From the human T2T-CHM13v2.0 reference genome, Homo sapiens, in the NCBI RefSeq assembly GCF_009914755.1, contig NC_060933.1: a stretch of DNA of 64,000 bases. The stretch is one strand, 5' to 3'. Both the position numbers and the translations under genes were made by a program. The notes below the pieces were generated by a model. That model saw only the letters and a program-made list of their open reading frames with translations. It did no database searches and was not told where the DNA came from. Shown one piece after another: positions 36,661 through 52,252 of the stretch; positions within the stretch are counted from its first letter, which is position 1, and each line of letters begins with the position of its first letter.

Positions 36661-36870
36661 TGTAATTTGGGAGCGGGTCACATGTGGGAGTCATCAGGCA
36701 GAGGAAAGGCTCAATCAGGGCCTAATCACTGTCTGTTTGGAGGGGTCTGGGCCCAAGTGAAAAATGAAAACGGGGCTATTTTGCTTGAGTGACAGCCATC
36801 AGTGGCCACCTTTGACCTCCCCACTCGGGCTGGGTCTGCCCGAGGTTTAAAAACCAATCATCAGGGAAGG
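36650..36870. promoter_or_regulatory. Candidate enhancer/promoter core
   Basis: Octamer ATTTGCAT (36654), E-box CACATGTG (36679), TAATCA, TALE decamer TGAGTGACAG (36786) and CCAATCA. Confidence 0.55.
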
Positions 36871-37619
36871 GGTGGGAGGGGCTCCCTCTCCTCGACTCTC
36901 CCCTCCCCCATCCTTTTCCCTCCCTGGACCTGGGTTTGTAAAATTCATTCATTCACTCCCATTCATTCTTTCAACAACCCATCCTAGGGCAGCAGGACTC
37001 CCTGGTCAGGGCCCCTGGGGCAGATGCCGGATTTGAGTTCTGACACTGTCACTTGCCAGCCGGCGACCTTGGGCAGGTGACTGTCAAGCGTCAGTGTTCC
37101 ATCTGCGAAATGGATGCAGGAGGCACGCAGAGAAGAGTTGATGTTGGTGAGGTGCTGAGGGAGGCGGGGCCGCAGGGGCAGGGGGCGAGCCCTCCTTCAG
37201 CCCTCCCCCTAAGGGACAGGAGCTTTGTAGAGGAGGGCCAAGAGGTCAGGTAGGTTGCAGCGGCTCTGCTTTTTGCATGAATGCGTACCCTTCCTCCCGA
37301 CACCCTGTGCACAAGGCGCAACCTGGTTCGCAATGTACAGAAGAGAGGCCTCTGCCAGGTGAACAAAAGAGAGGGCACACGCAGGCCAGGGAGACCGAGA
37401 GAGAGCAGGGAGGTGCCGGACTGCCCACGGGCAGTGAAGGGCAGTGACTGCTCCCTAAAGCAGCCATGAGCCCGGGCTTGGTTCACCCCGGCATGGAGGG
37501 ACTCAGCCCACTGTCCCAGAACGGTCTCCAGATCCCTAGAGACCCAAGGGCCTGGACCCGGTGGTATAGAGTGACCACTGCAATGGCGGTCTGCAGGCCA
37601 CTGGGGGCAGCAGAGAGGA

Positions 37620-38130
37620 GCCGCCCCCGGCTCAGGCGGGACAAGCTCAGCCAGCAAGCTTCTGCCAGCACAGCCTGTGGGGGCCAGCTGCGCCCCACTG
37701 CACCGGCCGCTGGGCCACCGTGCCTCTGCCCTCTCTGCCACCCAGTGGAACCCTTTTGCCCCGAAGGGGCCCTTGGAGTCGTCCTCCCACGGCCGAGGCC
37801 GGGAATTCCAGGCAGCCGGTGCAGCTGCGGGTCGGTGGCCCTTTCAGGCCTGAGGAATTGCTCCGGCGGCCGGGGGGCGGGCTGGGCGCCGGGTACATTA
37901 GCGCCTGCTTTGCTCGCTGATGGTGTTTATAGGGATGTGGAACGGGCCTCCAGGAAACCGTCTGGCAGGCCGGGCTTCAGCAAATGGATTGCCAATTAAT
38001 CAGCATCTATTTATGAGAACGTTTAAACCATTATTAATGTAGTGTAAATACGGAACCGCTGGCGGCCCAGGGCGGGCGGGCGGGCAGGGGGCCATCTGCC
38101 GAGGCTGCCATCACATTCCTGGGGCGTGTT
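37620..38130. promoter_or_regulatory. CpG-rich patch enclosing an AT-rich candidate enhancer (~37890-38060)
   Basis: CAATTAATCA, TTTATGA, CATTATTAATG, TGTAAATA and TGTTTAT, flanked by GGGCGG-rich DNA. Confidence 0.55.
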
Positions 38131-38879
38131 CCCGCTCCCACCCTCCTGGGGAGGGGTCCCACCCCTTGCCCTCATCCCCGGCCAAGCCTGCTCCTCCAGG
38201 TGCCGGCTTCCTCCTGCTGGGCCCTGCTGGTTCTGAGGCCTGCGGCTGCAGCCTGCCACGTTCTCAAGTTTTTCACCCAAGATGCTGAACAGGGGCGTGA
38301 AGGGTGAGTCCCGCCTCAGTCACTCAGCAGGGGTCCGCAGCAGCCCCTGGCAGGCCTTGGCAGGGCTCTTTTCCACCCAGGGGGAGACTGGGCAGGTGTC
38401 CCACGCTGGGCCTGGCTGCCTCTTCCCCTCCTCCTTCCTGCTCTGGACAGTGGATCTCATCCTCATCCTGACAGAGCTCAGCCCCTGGAGGCAGGGGAGG
38501 AGGAGCTGGGGCATTTTCCCAGCCCCTCCCTCACCTGTGGGTCCCAGTTCCCAAGGCTTCCCCCAACCCCAAGACCTAGGGGCTCTCAACTTTCCCCCCA
38601 GACTATCCCAAGGACAAAACAAGGTGATTTGCGCACACTGCTGGCACCTCCACTTCTCTCCAAAGATACCAGCTGAGCCCTCTGCCTCCTCCCTGACCTG
38701 TCTGGGCCTCCAGTATACATTGAGCCAAGCCGGGTGGCCTCTCGGAGAGCTGGTGCTGACCAAGACACCGCAGCCAGCCTGTGCCGTGGACTGGGGGGCT
38801 CCAGGACTTTCAGCCTGCTCACCCCCAATGTCCTGATGATCCTTCTTCCTTAGCATCACCTCAGATGGCTTTTTCTTTA

Positions 38880-38970
38880 CCAACTGTACCCATTTTACAG
38901 ATGAGAGACTGAGGTTTAGAATGGAGAAGGAGCTGCCTGAGGCAACAGAGACAGGGAGCCAGAACTGAAA
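38880..38970 (-). mobile_element. MIR
   Basis: CCCATTTTACAGATGAGAGACTGAGGTTTAGA. Confidence 0.8.
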
Positions 38971-39974
38971 CGAGGCACCCCCACCCGACCCCTGCGACCC
39001 AACACCCACCGTGTCCTGTTCCTCTGCAGGCCTCTGAGGTTCCTAAACTACATGACCACATATTTTGAGACCTTTGAGTTTTTATGAACGCTCTCCAGAG
39101 TTTCCCAATCTCTATGTTTCATTAGCTGTGCTCACCTGGGCCTGCCTCCTTTCTCTGAATGCTTTGCGTGGAGGTGGCTGCACACCTTCGCACTGGATGC
39201 CAAGCAAGAGCAGTTAGCCTGAGAGTTCACTCTGCAAAAAAGAAAACAAATAATGAGTCTGCGCTTTGACGCTGGGTGTTATCAAACATCTTTGGTAATT
39301 GCGAGGACTTTCCCTGCTCTGGGAAGTTGAGGTGTTGGTCTAACGGGGGCTCTTGACAGGGAATGCCATGAGGAGGTGGCAGCACAGTGCTGAGGAGAGG
39401 GCCAAGCCCTCCAAGGCACGGGGAGCTGCTCCCTCCTGTCCCCACCCTGGGAACAAGGCCCTCCCTCTGCAGGCCTCCACCCTGTGCTACGCTGCTAACA
39501 CTTACGGTTGGTGTGTTTATTTTTTCACTCAACTCTGTGCCCCTTGAGGATGGGGACAGCGTTTTCACCCCCATTACATCCTGGTGCCTCGAGAAAATGC
39601 CAACCAATGTTTGTTGACTGACTGACCATTTGGGAAATTTCTGCTTGGCACCGCTTCCCCAGGCTCCCCTCTTTTCTCTCTGGCCCCAGCCCATCTGCCT
39701 TGCTGGCTTCAGCCCTGGTCACTCCTCCAAATCCCAGAGCCAGGCTAAGGCCCAGAAGCATGGAGGGGTTCAAGGAGCCGGGACTAGACCAGACAGCCTT
39801 TAAGATGGATGCCCCATCTATCCCAACCCACCCCTGTGGGATCACCAGGCCTCAGGACAGCCACCTGCCTGTGGTCACTCAGCACGCCACAAAGCTAAGG
39901 TTTCTGATGTCCTGAGGGGCCCCCAGAGCTGCTCCACGCCCCGGGCCCCCGGGCCCTGCTGCACTGGCATGCTG

Positions 39975-40230
39975 GGAGGAAAGAGAACAAAGACGAGGCA
40001 TATGCCCCTATTTCCCGGCCTCGCTCCCTGCCCCCCATTAGCCTAGTGAGGCTTGTTTATATTAGAGCAGGAATTATTCCAGCCCTAATCAGAGGCCCTG
40101 CGAGGTTTCGGCATTCGAGGTATTTCTTTACCCAAGGACACTCTCCAATCCTATAATTTCCATTTCCCCAGACGCCCCTGATTGAAAGCAAACATTTTAT
40201 ATTTGGAAAGGAAAAGGGCTGTGTGCTATT
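39975..40230. promoter_or_regulatory. Candidate enhancer
   Basis: AACAAAG (SOX-like), CCATTAG, TGTTTAT, GAATTA, CTAATCA, TGATTGA (PBX-like) and GCAAACA (FOX-like) in unique sequence. Confidence 0.45.
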
Positions 40231-40944
40231 CATAGCCCAGCCTGGCTGTCCAGAGCTAGGTCCTGGGGGACTGAAGGCCTGGAGGGATGGACAAATCTGG
40301 GAGGGTGGCAGGGGGCATGGCTAGGTCCCAGCCAGGAGAGGTGTGGGGAGATCACAGCCCAGGGGTGGGGAGACCGAGGGACAGAGAGAGAGCCCCTTGC
40401 CACCAACTGCCCAGCCAGGGATGTCTGGCACTGCACAGCCTCCCTGGTTGAGGGGACAATGTGCGGGAAGGGGGTGCTATAGTAGCAGAGCCTGTGGGCT
40501 GGGAAGAGGGTGGATGGGGGTGCAACTTGAGCCCCTTCCTCCTCTGCACCCCCTTGCCAGGTAGCTTCACTGCCTCTTGCAGGTGAGGATAGGAGGCACG
40601 TTGCAGGGATGGGATGGAATAAAATACTAACAGTGGGCCTGGGGACAGAGGCCAGCGTTTGCCCAAAGGGACTTTGAGAAGCCTACTGTCCAGGGGACTC
40701 TGTCTCCACTTCGGGCCCCTCTGTTTTCTGATATTCAGCTCCCCACTCCAGGTGCTGCCCACCCCTCTCGAGTCACATTCACCCATCACTCCACAACTTC
40801 TTAGGGGCTGAGAAGCACATGGACTCCACACCAATCCCAGGCCACTCTGCTCCCCTCGCCCTTCCCTTCTGAGTTCTTTCCTCCCTCCCTCGATGTGGAA
40901 GTCCGGGCAAGGACGACGTGTTCTTCACGGGAGGATATCAGACC

Positions 40945-41245
40945 CCCACTTACTCAAAGCTGTGTGTAGGCAGCCTCTTCCATGTGCCACACACCACCCT
41001 TTTGGAAAGATGCCTTCATTAATCCTTAGAAGCAGATATTATTATTCCCATTTCATGGATAAAGAAACCAAGGCTTGTTGAGCTTAAGTCACCATTGTCC
41101 CATCTATGTCCCTTGAATCTCAGTGCCTCAGCACTCACCTCCTAAGACCAGTGTAAATAAACTCAGGCATGGTGTGCTGGAGGTCACAGCCCGCTGGCAC
41201 ATGCTGAGTGGGGCACACACTATTCTTATTTAAATGAATGGATTT
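40945..41245. mobile_element. MIR plus L2 tail fragments
   Basis: TATTATTATTCCCATTTCATGGATAAAGAAACCAAGGCT; GCTGGCACATGCTGAGTG..TAAATGAATGGA. Confidence 0.65.
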
Positions 41246-42487
41246 CAGGGAAGCAGGGAAATGAAGAGGGACTGCATGTTTCTGCACTGTATCAATCCGT
41301 ATTATTGGAATGATTAAGAGACTGCATTTGGAATTTAATTTTTTCCTTACGATTTAATTTTTATTTTTATCAAAGTCATGCATTGCAGCATTTTGTTAAC
41401 TGCTTTATTGAAGTATAACTGATACGTAGTAAAATGCAAACAAGTAAAGTATGAAAGTTGATAAGTTCTTAGAAAAGCTTTTTTGAGATATAATTCACAT
41501 ACCGTACAATTCACCCATTTAAAGTGTAAAATTCAGTGATTTTTGGTATATTATTAATTATTTTTTAAATTGTGGTAGAGTATATATAACACAAAATTTG
41601 CCATCTTAACTGTTTTAAGTGTATAATTCAGTGACATTAAGTAATACACATTGTTGTGCAACCATCACCCCAAACAGAAACTGTACCCATGAAACAGTAA
41701 CTCTCCATTTCCCCTCCCCTCTAGCCCCTAGTAAACTCTAATTTTTGTCTCTATGATTTTGCCTATTATAGATATTTAATGTAAGTGGAATCAGAGTATG
41801 TGTCCTTTTGTGTCTGGCTTATTCCACTTAGCATGTTTTCAAAGTTCATCTATGCTGTAGTATGTATCAGAATTTCCTTCCTTTTTATTGTGGAATAATA
41901 TTCCATCGTATGGATAAGCCACATTCCTCTAAGGGTGGGTTGTTTCCACCCTTTGGCTAATTGTGAATAATGCTACATAAACCACTGGCAAACAAGTATC
42001 TGTTCAAGTTCCTGTTGTCAATTCTTTTAGGTATATAGCTAGGACTGAAATTGCTGGGTTATATGATAACTCTATGTTTAGTTGTTTGAGGAACTTCAAA
42101 ACTTTTCCATGGTGTTGGTACCATTTTACATTCTCACCACGCATGTATGAGGGTTCCATTTCATCACCTCTTTGTCAACACTTGCTACTTTCTGTTTTTT
42201 TTTAGTTATAGCCATCCTAGTAAGTGTAAAGTGGTATCTCATTCTGGTTTTGATTTGCATTTTTCTAATGGCTAATGATGTCAAGCATCTTTTCATGTCT
42301 TGTTGGCTATTTGCCCATTATTTAATTGGATTGTCTTTTTGTTGTTGAGTTGTAAGGGTTTTTATATATTCTGGATATTAAACCCTTATCAGATATGTGG
42401 TTTACAAATAACTCTCTTCCATTCTGTAATTTGTCTTTTTCTTAATAAAAATTGATATGCTTCTGTACATATGTGTATGTGTTTGTG

Positions 42488-42505
42488 TCTATCTATCTAT
42501 CTATC

Positions 42506-42562
<57 letters not shown>
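42488..42562. repeat. Tetranucleotide STR (TCTA)4 TCA (TCTA)14
   Basis: Read directly from the sequence. Confidence 0.98.
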
Positions 42563-42565
<3 letters not shown>

Positions 42566-45180
42566 GTGGAACCCTCACCACAATGAAAATACTGAACATA
42601 TAAATCACCCCCCAAAATTTTTCATGTGTAGCTTTTTTTCACTCAGCCTAATTGCATGGAAATTTATCCATGCTGTCACATGTATAAATACTTTATTCTT
42701 TTTTACTGCTGAGTAGGATTCCATGGTGTGAATACACCACACAGTAGTTTGATCATTCACCTGCTAAAGGATACTTGAGTTGGTTCCAGTTTGGGGCTAT
42801 TAATTCTGGTTATTAAATAGTTTCTCTGAACATTCATATGCAAGTCTTCATTTCTCTTGCGTGTATACCTAGGTATATAATTGCTGGGTAATATGGAAAC
42901 TGTAATATCTTGAGGAACTGCTAAACAGTTTTCCAAGGCAATTGCACAATTTTGCATTCCCACCAACTGTGCATAAGGGTTATAATTTCTCTACATACTT
43001 GCTATTGTCTTTTTTATTCTGGTCATTTTAGTGGATGTGAAGTGGTATAGCTCATGATTTTGACTGGCATTTGCCTGTTGACTAATGATAGCAAACATCT
43101 TTTTATATTCTTAATATCTATTGTATATCTTCCTTAAAGAAATGTCATTTTAGACCCTTTGCCCATCTATAGATTGGGTTACTTGTCTTTTTGTTATTTC
43201 GTAGTAATTTTTTTTATATTCTAGATGCAAATCTCTTATAAGATATACGATTTGCAAATATTTTATCTCACTTTGTGTTTTTTTTTACTTTCTTGATGGT
43301 GTCTTTTGAAGTGTAAAAAGTTTTAATTTTGATGATGTTCAGTCTATTTTTTTTCTGCTGCTTGTGCTTTTGATGTCAATCTAAGAAACTATTTCCCATT
43401 TAAGATTCTGAAGATCTACACCTGTGTTTTCTTCTAAGACATATAGTTTTAGCTTTTACATTTAAGTCTTTGATCCATTTTGAGGTAATTTTGGTATATG
43501 GTGTGAGGTAGGGATACTCCTTCATTCTTTTGCATGTGGATATTCAGTTGTCCTAGTACCATTTGCTAAGAAGATTTTTCTTCCTCCATTGAATCATCTG
43601 GCTACCCTCATCATAAATCAATTGACGATAAAAGTGAGAGCTCATTTCTGGACTCATAGTTCTATTCCATTTAAATAAAGGTCTTTCCTATGCCACTGCC
43701 AAAATGTCTTGATCACTATTGCTTTGTAGTAAGTTTTGAAATAGGAAAAGAATGACTGTTCCAACTTTGTTCTTTTTCCAAGATTATTTTGACAATTTCA
43801 GGTCCTTTGAATTTCTTTATAAATTTTAGGGTCAGCTTATCAATTTCCAAAAATAAATCAGCTGAAATTTTGATAGGGATTGCATTGAATCTGCACATCA
43901 TTTTGGATAACATTGCCTTCGTGACAATAGTAAGTCTTTTGTCCATGAATATGGGATGAATATGGGATGTTTTTCCATTTATTTAGGTCTTCTTTAATTT
44001 CTTTCAACAATATTTTGTAGTTTTGAAAGTAAAAGTTTTGCACTTCTTTTGTTAAACTTATTCTTAAGTATTTTATTCTTGTTCATGTTATTGTAAATGT
44101 TGTTTAGAAATATATTTGATTTTTATATATCGATCCTATATTCTGCAACTGTGTTGAACTTGTTTATTAGTTCTAATAATAGTTTTTTTAGCGAATTCCT
44201 TAGGAGTTTATGTATAAAAGTTCATTTCTTCTTCAAATAGAGATCATTTTATTTCTTACTTTTCAATCTAGATACATTTTATTTTTTTTCTTACTTAATT
44301 TCGCTGGTTAGAACCTCCAGTAAAAGTTGAACGGAAGTGGTGAGAACAGACATCCTTGTTTTTTTCTTGATCTTAAGAGAAAATAAGTCAGCTTTTCATT
44401 ATTATATATGAAGTTAACTTCATGGGTTTTTCATTGGTTTCCTTCTATTCTCGGTTTGTTCAGTGTTTTTATCATAAAAAGGTGTTAGATTTTGTCAACT
44501 GTCTTTTTTTCATCAATTGAGATGAAAGTATGGGTTTTTCCTTCATTCTGTTGATGTAGTGTATCACTTTAACTGATTTTCAGATGATAAGGCAACCTTG
44601 CATTCCTGAGATAGATCTCATTTGATCATAGTATATAATTCTTTTTGTTCATTGCTGGATTCTATTTGATAGTGTTTTGTTGAACTTTTTGGTGTCTATA
44701 TTCATTAAAAGTGAGAATGAATGAAATATGGTTTTCCTGTGGAGTATCTGTCTAGTTTTGAAATAAGGGCAATACTGGTCTCATAGAATGGGGTGGAAAG
44801 TGCTCCAACCTCTTTTATTTTTGCAAGAGTTTGTGAAAAAATAATATTAATTCTTCTTTAAGTGCTTGGTAGAATTAGCTAGTGAAGCCATTTGGTCTTG
44901 GGCTTTTTTGGCAGAAGTTTTTTTTTTTTTATTACTAAGCCAAACTCTTTACTTGTATAAGTATATTCAGATTTTCTATTTCTTCTCATGTCAGCTTCAG
45001 TTGCTCTTTTTTCTAGGAATTTGTCCATTTCATCTAAGTTATATAATTTTTGGCACACAGTTTTTCATAGTATTCCTTTGTAGTTGTGTTTATTTCTGTA
45101 AAGTCAGTAGTTATGTCTCCTATTTCACTTCTGATTTTGGAATTTTGAGTCATCTCTTTTTTTCTTAGTCAGTCTAGATG

Positions 45181-45282
45181 TAGTCCTTAGTGTAAAAATG
45201 ATTTATACTAGTCCTTAGTGTAAAAAAGAATTTACACTACTCCTTAGTGTAAAAAGGATTCTGTACCACGACTAAGTGTAAA
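45181..45282. repeat. 28-29-bp tandem repeat, ~3.5 units, hairpin-containing
   Basis: TAGTCCTTAGTGTAAAAA..TTTA(T/C)AC at 45181, 45209 and 45238, with a partial unit at 45267. Confidence 0.9.
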
Positions 45283-48255
45283 TTTTGTTGTCTGTTAATT
45301 TTGTTAATTTTTTTTGAGAACCAATGCTTGATTTAGTTGATTTTCTCTATTATTTTTGTACTCTCTGATTCATTAATTTTCACTGTAATCATTATTTCCT
45401 TTCTGCTGCTTACTTTGGGCTCAGTTTGCACTTCTTATTCCAGGTTCTTAAGGTGGAAGGATATTGATTTGAGATCTTTATTTTTATTCCATGTAATTCA
45501 CATCTGTAAATCTCCCTCTAAGCAGTATGTTAGCTGCATTCCAGAAATTTTCATGTGTTGTGTTTTCATTTTTACCTATCTCAAAGTATTTTTCTAATTT
45601 CCTTTGTGATTTTTTGACCCATTGGTATTTCATAGTATGTTGTTTAATTCTCACATATTTATGAATTTCCCAAATTTCTTTTTGTTATTAGTTTTCAATT
45701 TCACTCCATTGTAATTGGAGGTCCTGTAAATTTCAATTATTTTAAATTTATTTAGGCTTACTTGGTGATCTGCCCTGTTGTCTGTCCTGTAGAATGTTTC
45801 ATTTGTGCTTGAGAATAATGTGATTCTTGTTAGGCACAGTGTTCTATACATATCTGTTAAGTCTAGTTTGTGTATATTGCTGTTCAAGTCTTCTATTTCC
45901 TTGTTGACCTTTTGTCAAGTTGTTCTATCCATTATATAGAGTATTGAAGTTTCTAATTGTTATTGTTGAATTGTCTATTTCCACTTTCAATTCTGTTAGG
46001 GTTTGCTTCGTATATCACAGGGCTCTGTTGTTAGGTGCACATATGTTTATAATTGTTACAACTTCCTGATTGACTGACACTTTTATCATTATAAAATATC
46101 CCTATTTATCTTCAGGGAAAAAAAATTAAAGCTATTTTATATGGTATTAATATAGCCACTCCAGCTTTCTTATGGTTGTTATATGCATGATATATCTTTT
46201 CCATCCTTTCACTTTCAACCTATTTGTATCTTTGAATCAAACATATCTCCTAAAGCCAACATGTAATTGGATTATGTGCTTTATTCAGTATGACAATTCT
46301 GCTTTTTGATTGGATTGTTTAATCCATTCTAAGTTAATGTTGTTATTGATATTGTTGGACTTACATCTGACATTTCATTTTTGTTTACTATATGTCTCCT
46401 TTATTTTGTTCCTCTTTTCCTCCTTGATTTCTTTCTTTTGTGTGGAGTTAATTTTTATAGTATAACATTTTAATTCCTTTAATGATTTTTCCTTTATTAA
46501 AAAAATTTGTTGTCACATAATAGATATACATATTTTCAGGATATATGTGATAAATTAATACATTTATATAATTTATAAAGATGAATTTAGTATAATTGGG
46601 ATATTCACCACCTTGAATATTTATTCTTTCATTATGCTAGAAACATTTGAATTATTCTCTTCTAGTTATTTTGAAATATGCAATAGATTATTAGAAACTA
46701 CAGCCACCCTACCAACTGTCAAACATTAGATCTTCTTTCTTCTGTCAAATTGTATATTTAGACTCATTAATTAAACCCTTTTCTCCCGCCTCCACCTTCC
46801 CGGTCTCTGATAATCACCAATGTACTTTTTATCTTTATGAGACCCACTTTTTTAAACTCCCATGTATGAGTGAGAACATGTGACATTTGTCTTTCTGTAC
46901 TTGGCTTATTTCACTTAACATAGTGATCTCCAGTTCCATCCATGTTGCTGCAAATGACTGAAATTTTTTTTAATGGCTGAATATATTCCATTGCGTATAT
47001 ATACACCACATTTTCTTTATCCATTCATCCACCAATGGGCACTTAGGTCAATTCCATATTTTGGCTACTGTGAACAGTGCTACAATAAATGTGGGAGTTC
47101 ATATGTCTCTGTGATATATTAATTTCATTTCTTTTGGATATATACCCAGTAGTGAAATTGCTGGATCATGTGATAGTTCCATTTTTAGTTTTTTGAGAAA
47201 CCTTCATACAGTTTTCCATAGTGGCTGTACTAATTTACATTCCCGCCAACAGTGTAGAAGGGCTCTCCTTTCTCTACATTCTCACCAGCATCTGTTATTC
47301 CCTGTCTTCTTTATAAAAGCCATTTTAGCTGGGGTGAAATGATCTCTCACTGTGATTTTTATTTGAATTTCTCTGGCAGTGAAGTTGAGCATTTTCTTCA
47401 TATACCTTTTGGTCATTTGTATGACTCCTTTTGAGAAATGTCTCTTCAGATATTTGGCCCATTTTAAAATTGGATTATTTGGAGTTTTTTGCTACTGAGT
47501 TGTTTGAGCTCCTTATATATTCCGGTTATTAATTTCTTGTCTGATGGGTAGTTTGCAAATATTTTCTTCCATTTTGTAGGTTGTCTTTACACTTTGTTGA
47601 TTGTTTCCTTTCCTGTGCAGAGCTTTTTAGCTTGATGTAATCCCATTTGCCTATTTTTGCTTTGATTGTGCTTTTGAGATCTTACACACACAAAAATCTT
47701 TGCCCAGACCAATGTCCTGGAGCAGTTCCCCAGTGTTTTCTTCTAGTAGTTTCCTAGTTTCAGGTCTTAGGTTTAAGCGTTTAATCCATTTTGATTTGAT
47801 TTGAGAGAGGTCTAGTTTCATTCTTCTGCATGATTATCCAGTTTTCCAGAACCATTTATGGACGAGGCTGCCCCTTCCGCAGTGTATGTTCTTTGTGCCT
47901 TTGTTAAAAATAATAGACGTATATGTGGGTTCTCTACGCTGTTCCATTGGTCTATGTGTCTTTTTTAAATGCCAGTACCATGCTGATTTGGCGGTATATT
48001 TTGCTATATATACTACCATGCTGATTGTAATATGTTTCAAAAGCCATATGATGCCTCCAGCTTTGTTCTTTTTGCTCAAAATTTCTTCATCAAATAGATG
48101 TGGCTCCATGTACATTTTAGTATTTAAAAAATTTCTGTGAAGTATGTCAATGTTATTTTATAGGGATTGCATTGAATCTGTAGGTTGCTTTGAGTGCATT
48201 GTCATTTTAACAATATTAATACTTGCAGTCCCTGAGTATGGAATATCTTTCAATT

Positions 48256-48290
48256 TGTGTGTTTATGTGTGTGTGTGTGTGTGTGTGTGT
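48256..48290. repeat. (TG)n microsatellite
   Basis: Read directly from the sequence. Confidence 0.95.
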
Positions 48291-49222
48291 CCTCTCCAAT
48301 TTCCTTCATCAGTGTTTTATAGATTTCCTTATATAGATCTTTCACTTCTTTGGTTAAATTGATTCCTATGTATTTTATATTTTTGTAGCTACTGTAAGTA
48401 GAGTTGCTTTCTTAATTTCCTTTTCAGATTGTTCACTGTTAGCGTATATAAGTTCTACAAATTTTTGTATATTGATTTTATATCCTACAGCTTTACTGAA
48501 TTTGTTTATCAATCCTAGAAGTTTTTTGGTGGAGTCTTTAGGTTTTTCTAAGTATAAGATCATGTCATCTGTGAACAAGGCTAACTTGACTTCTTACTTT
48601 CTAATTTGGTCTCTTTTCTATATTTCTTTTAGCTAATTGCTCTGGGACTTCAAGTATTATGTTGGATAAAAGTGGTGAAAGTGGGACTCTGCCTTGTTCC
48701 AAATCTTAGAGGAAAGGCTTTCAATTTTTCCCTATTCAGTATGAGGTTAGCTGTGGGTTTGTCATATATGGCCTTTATTATTTTGTAATATGTGCCTTTA
48801 ATACCCAGTTTGTTGAGAGTTTTTAACATAAAAATTCTTAACTTTTTAGCATAAAAATTTAACATAAAGGGATGCTGAATCTTATTGAATGCTTTTTCAG
48901 CATCATTGAAATGATCATATGGCTTTTATTCTTGGTTTTGTTAATGTGATGTAACATGCTTATTGATTTGAATATGTTAAACCATTCTTGCATACCTAGG
49001 ATAAATCCCACTTGATCATGGTGAACAATCTTTTTAATGTGTTGTTGAATTTGGTTTGCTAGTATTTTGTTGAGAATTTTTGCATCCATATCCATCAGTG
49101 ACATTGACCTGTTATGTTCTTTTATGTTGTATTGTCTTATTCTGGCCTCATAGAATTAGTTTGGAAGTATTCCCTCCTGTTTAATTTTTTGATGAGTTTG
49201 AGTAGAATTGGTGTTAGTTCTT

Positions 49223-49322
49223 TTTTTTTTAATTTAAAAATTTAATTTATTTTTAGACTCATAGGGCACATGTGCAGATTTGTTTCATGGGTATATTGCA
49301 TGATGCTGAAATTTGGGCTTCT
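49223..49322 (-). mobile_element. ~100-bp 3' terminus of an older L1 (L1PA16/L1PB type), probable 3' transduction
   Basis: Poly-T then CACATGTGCAGATTTGTTTCATGGGTATATTGCATGATGCTGAAATTTGGGCTTCT; lies inside the TSD of the adjacent L1PA. Confidence 0.8.

Positions 49323-52252
<2,930 letters not shown>

Larger units (their letters stand above)
41395..46495 (-). mobile_element. Nested L1M/L1MB elements (3' UTRs and ORF2); L1MB insert at ~41471-42447
   Basis: Several L1M 3' termini (GCTTTATTGAAGTATAACTG; TTGAGATATAATTCACATACC; TTTAAATTGTGGTA) and ORF2 peptides at 43716..44043 and 45651..45887. Confidence 0.85.

Noticed and set aside
36239-39009. Long ORFs of 173-229 aa on both strands
   Set aside because: Overlapping GC-rich stop-poor frames with Pro/Gly/Arg/Ala bias, no recognisable domain and no convincing exon structure.
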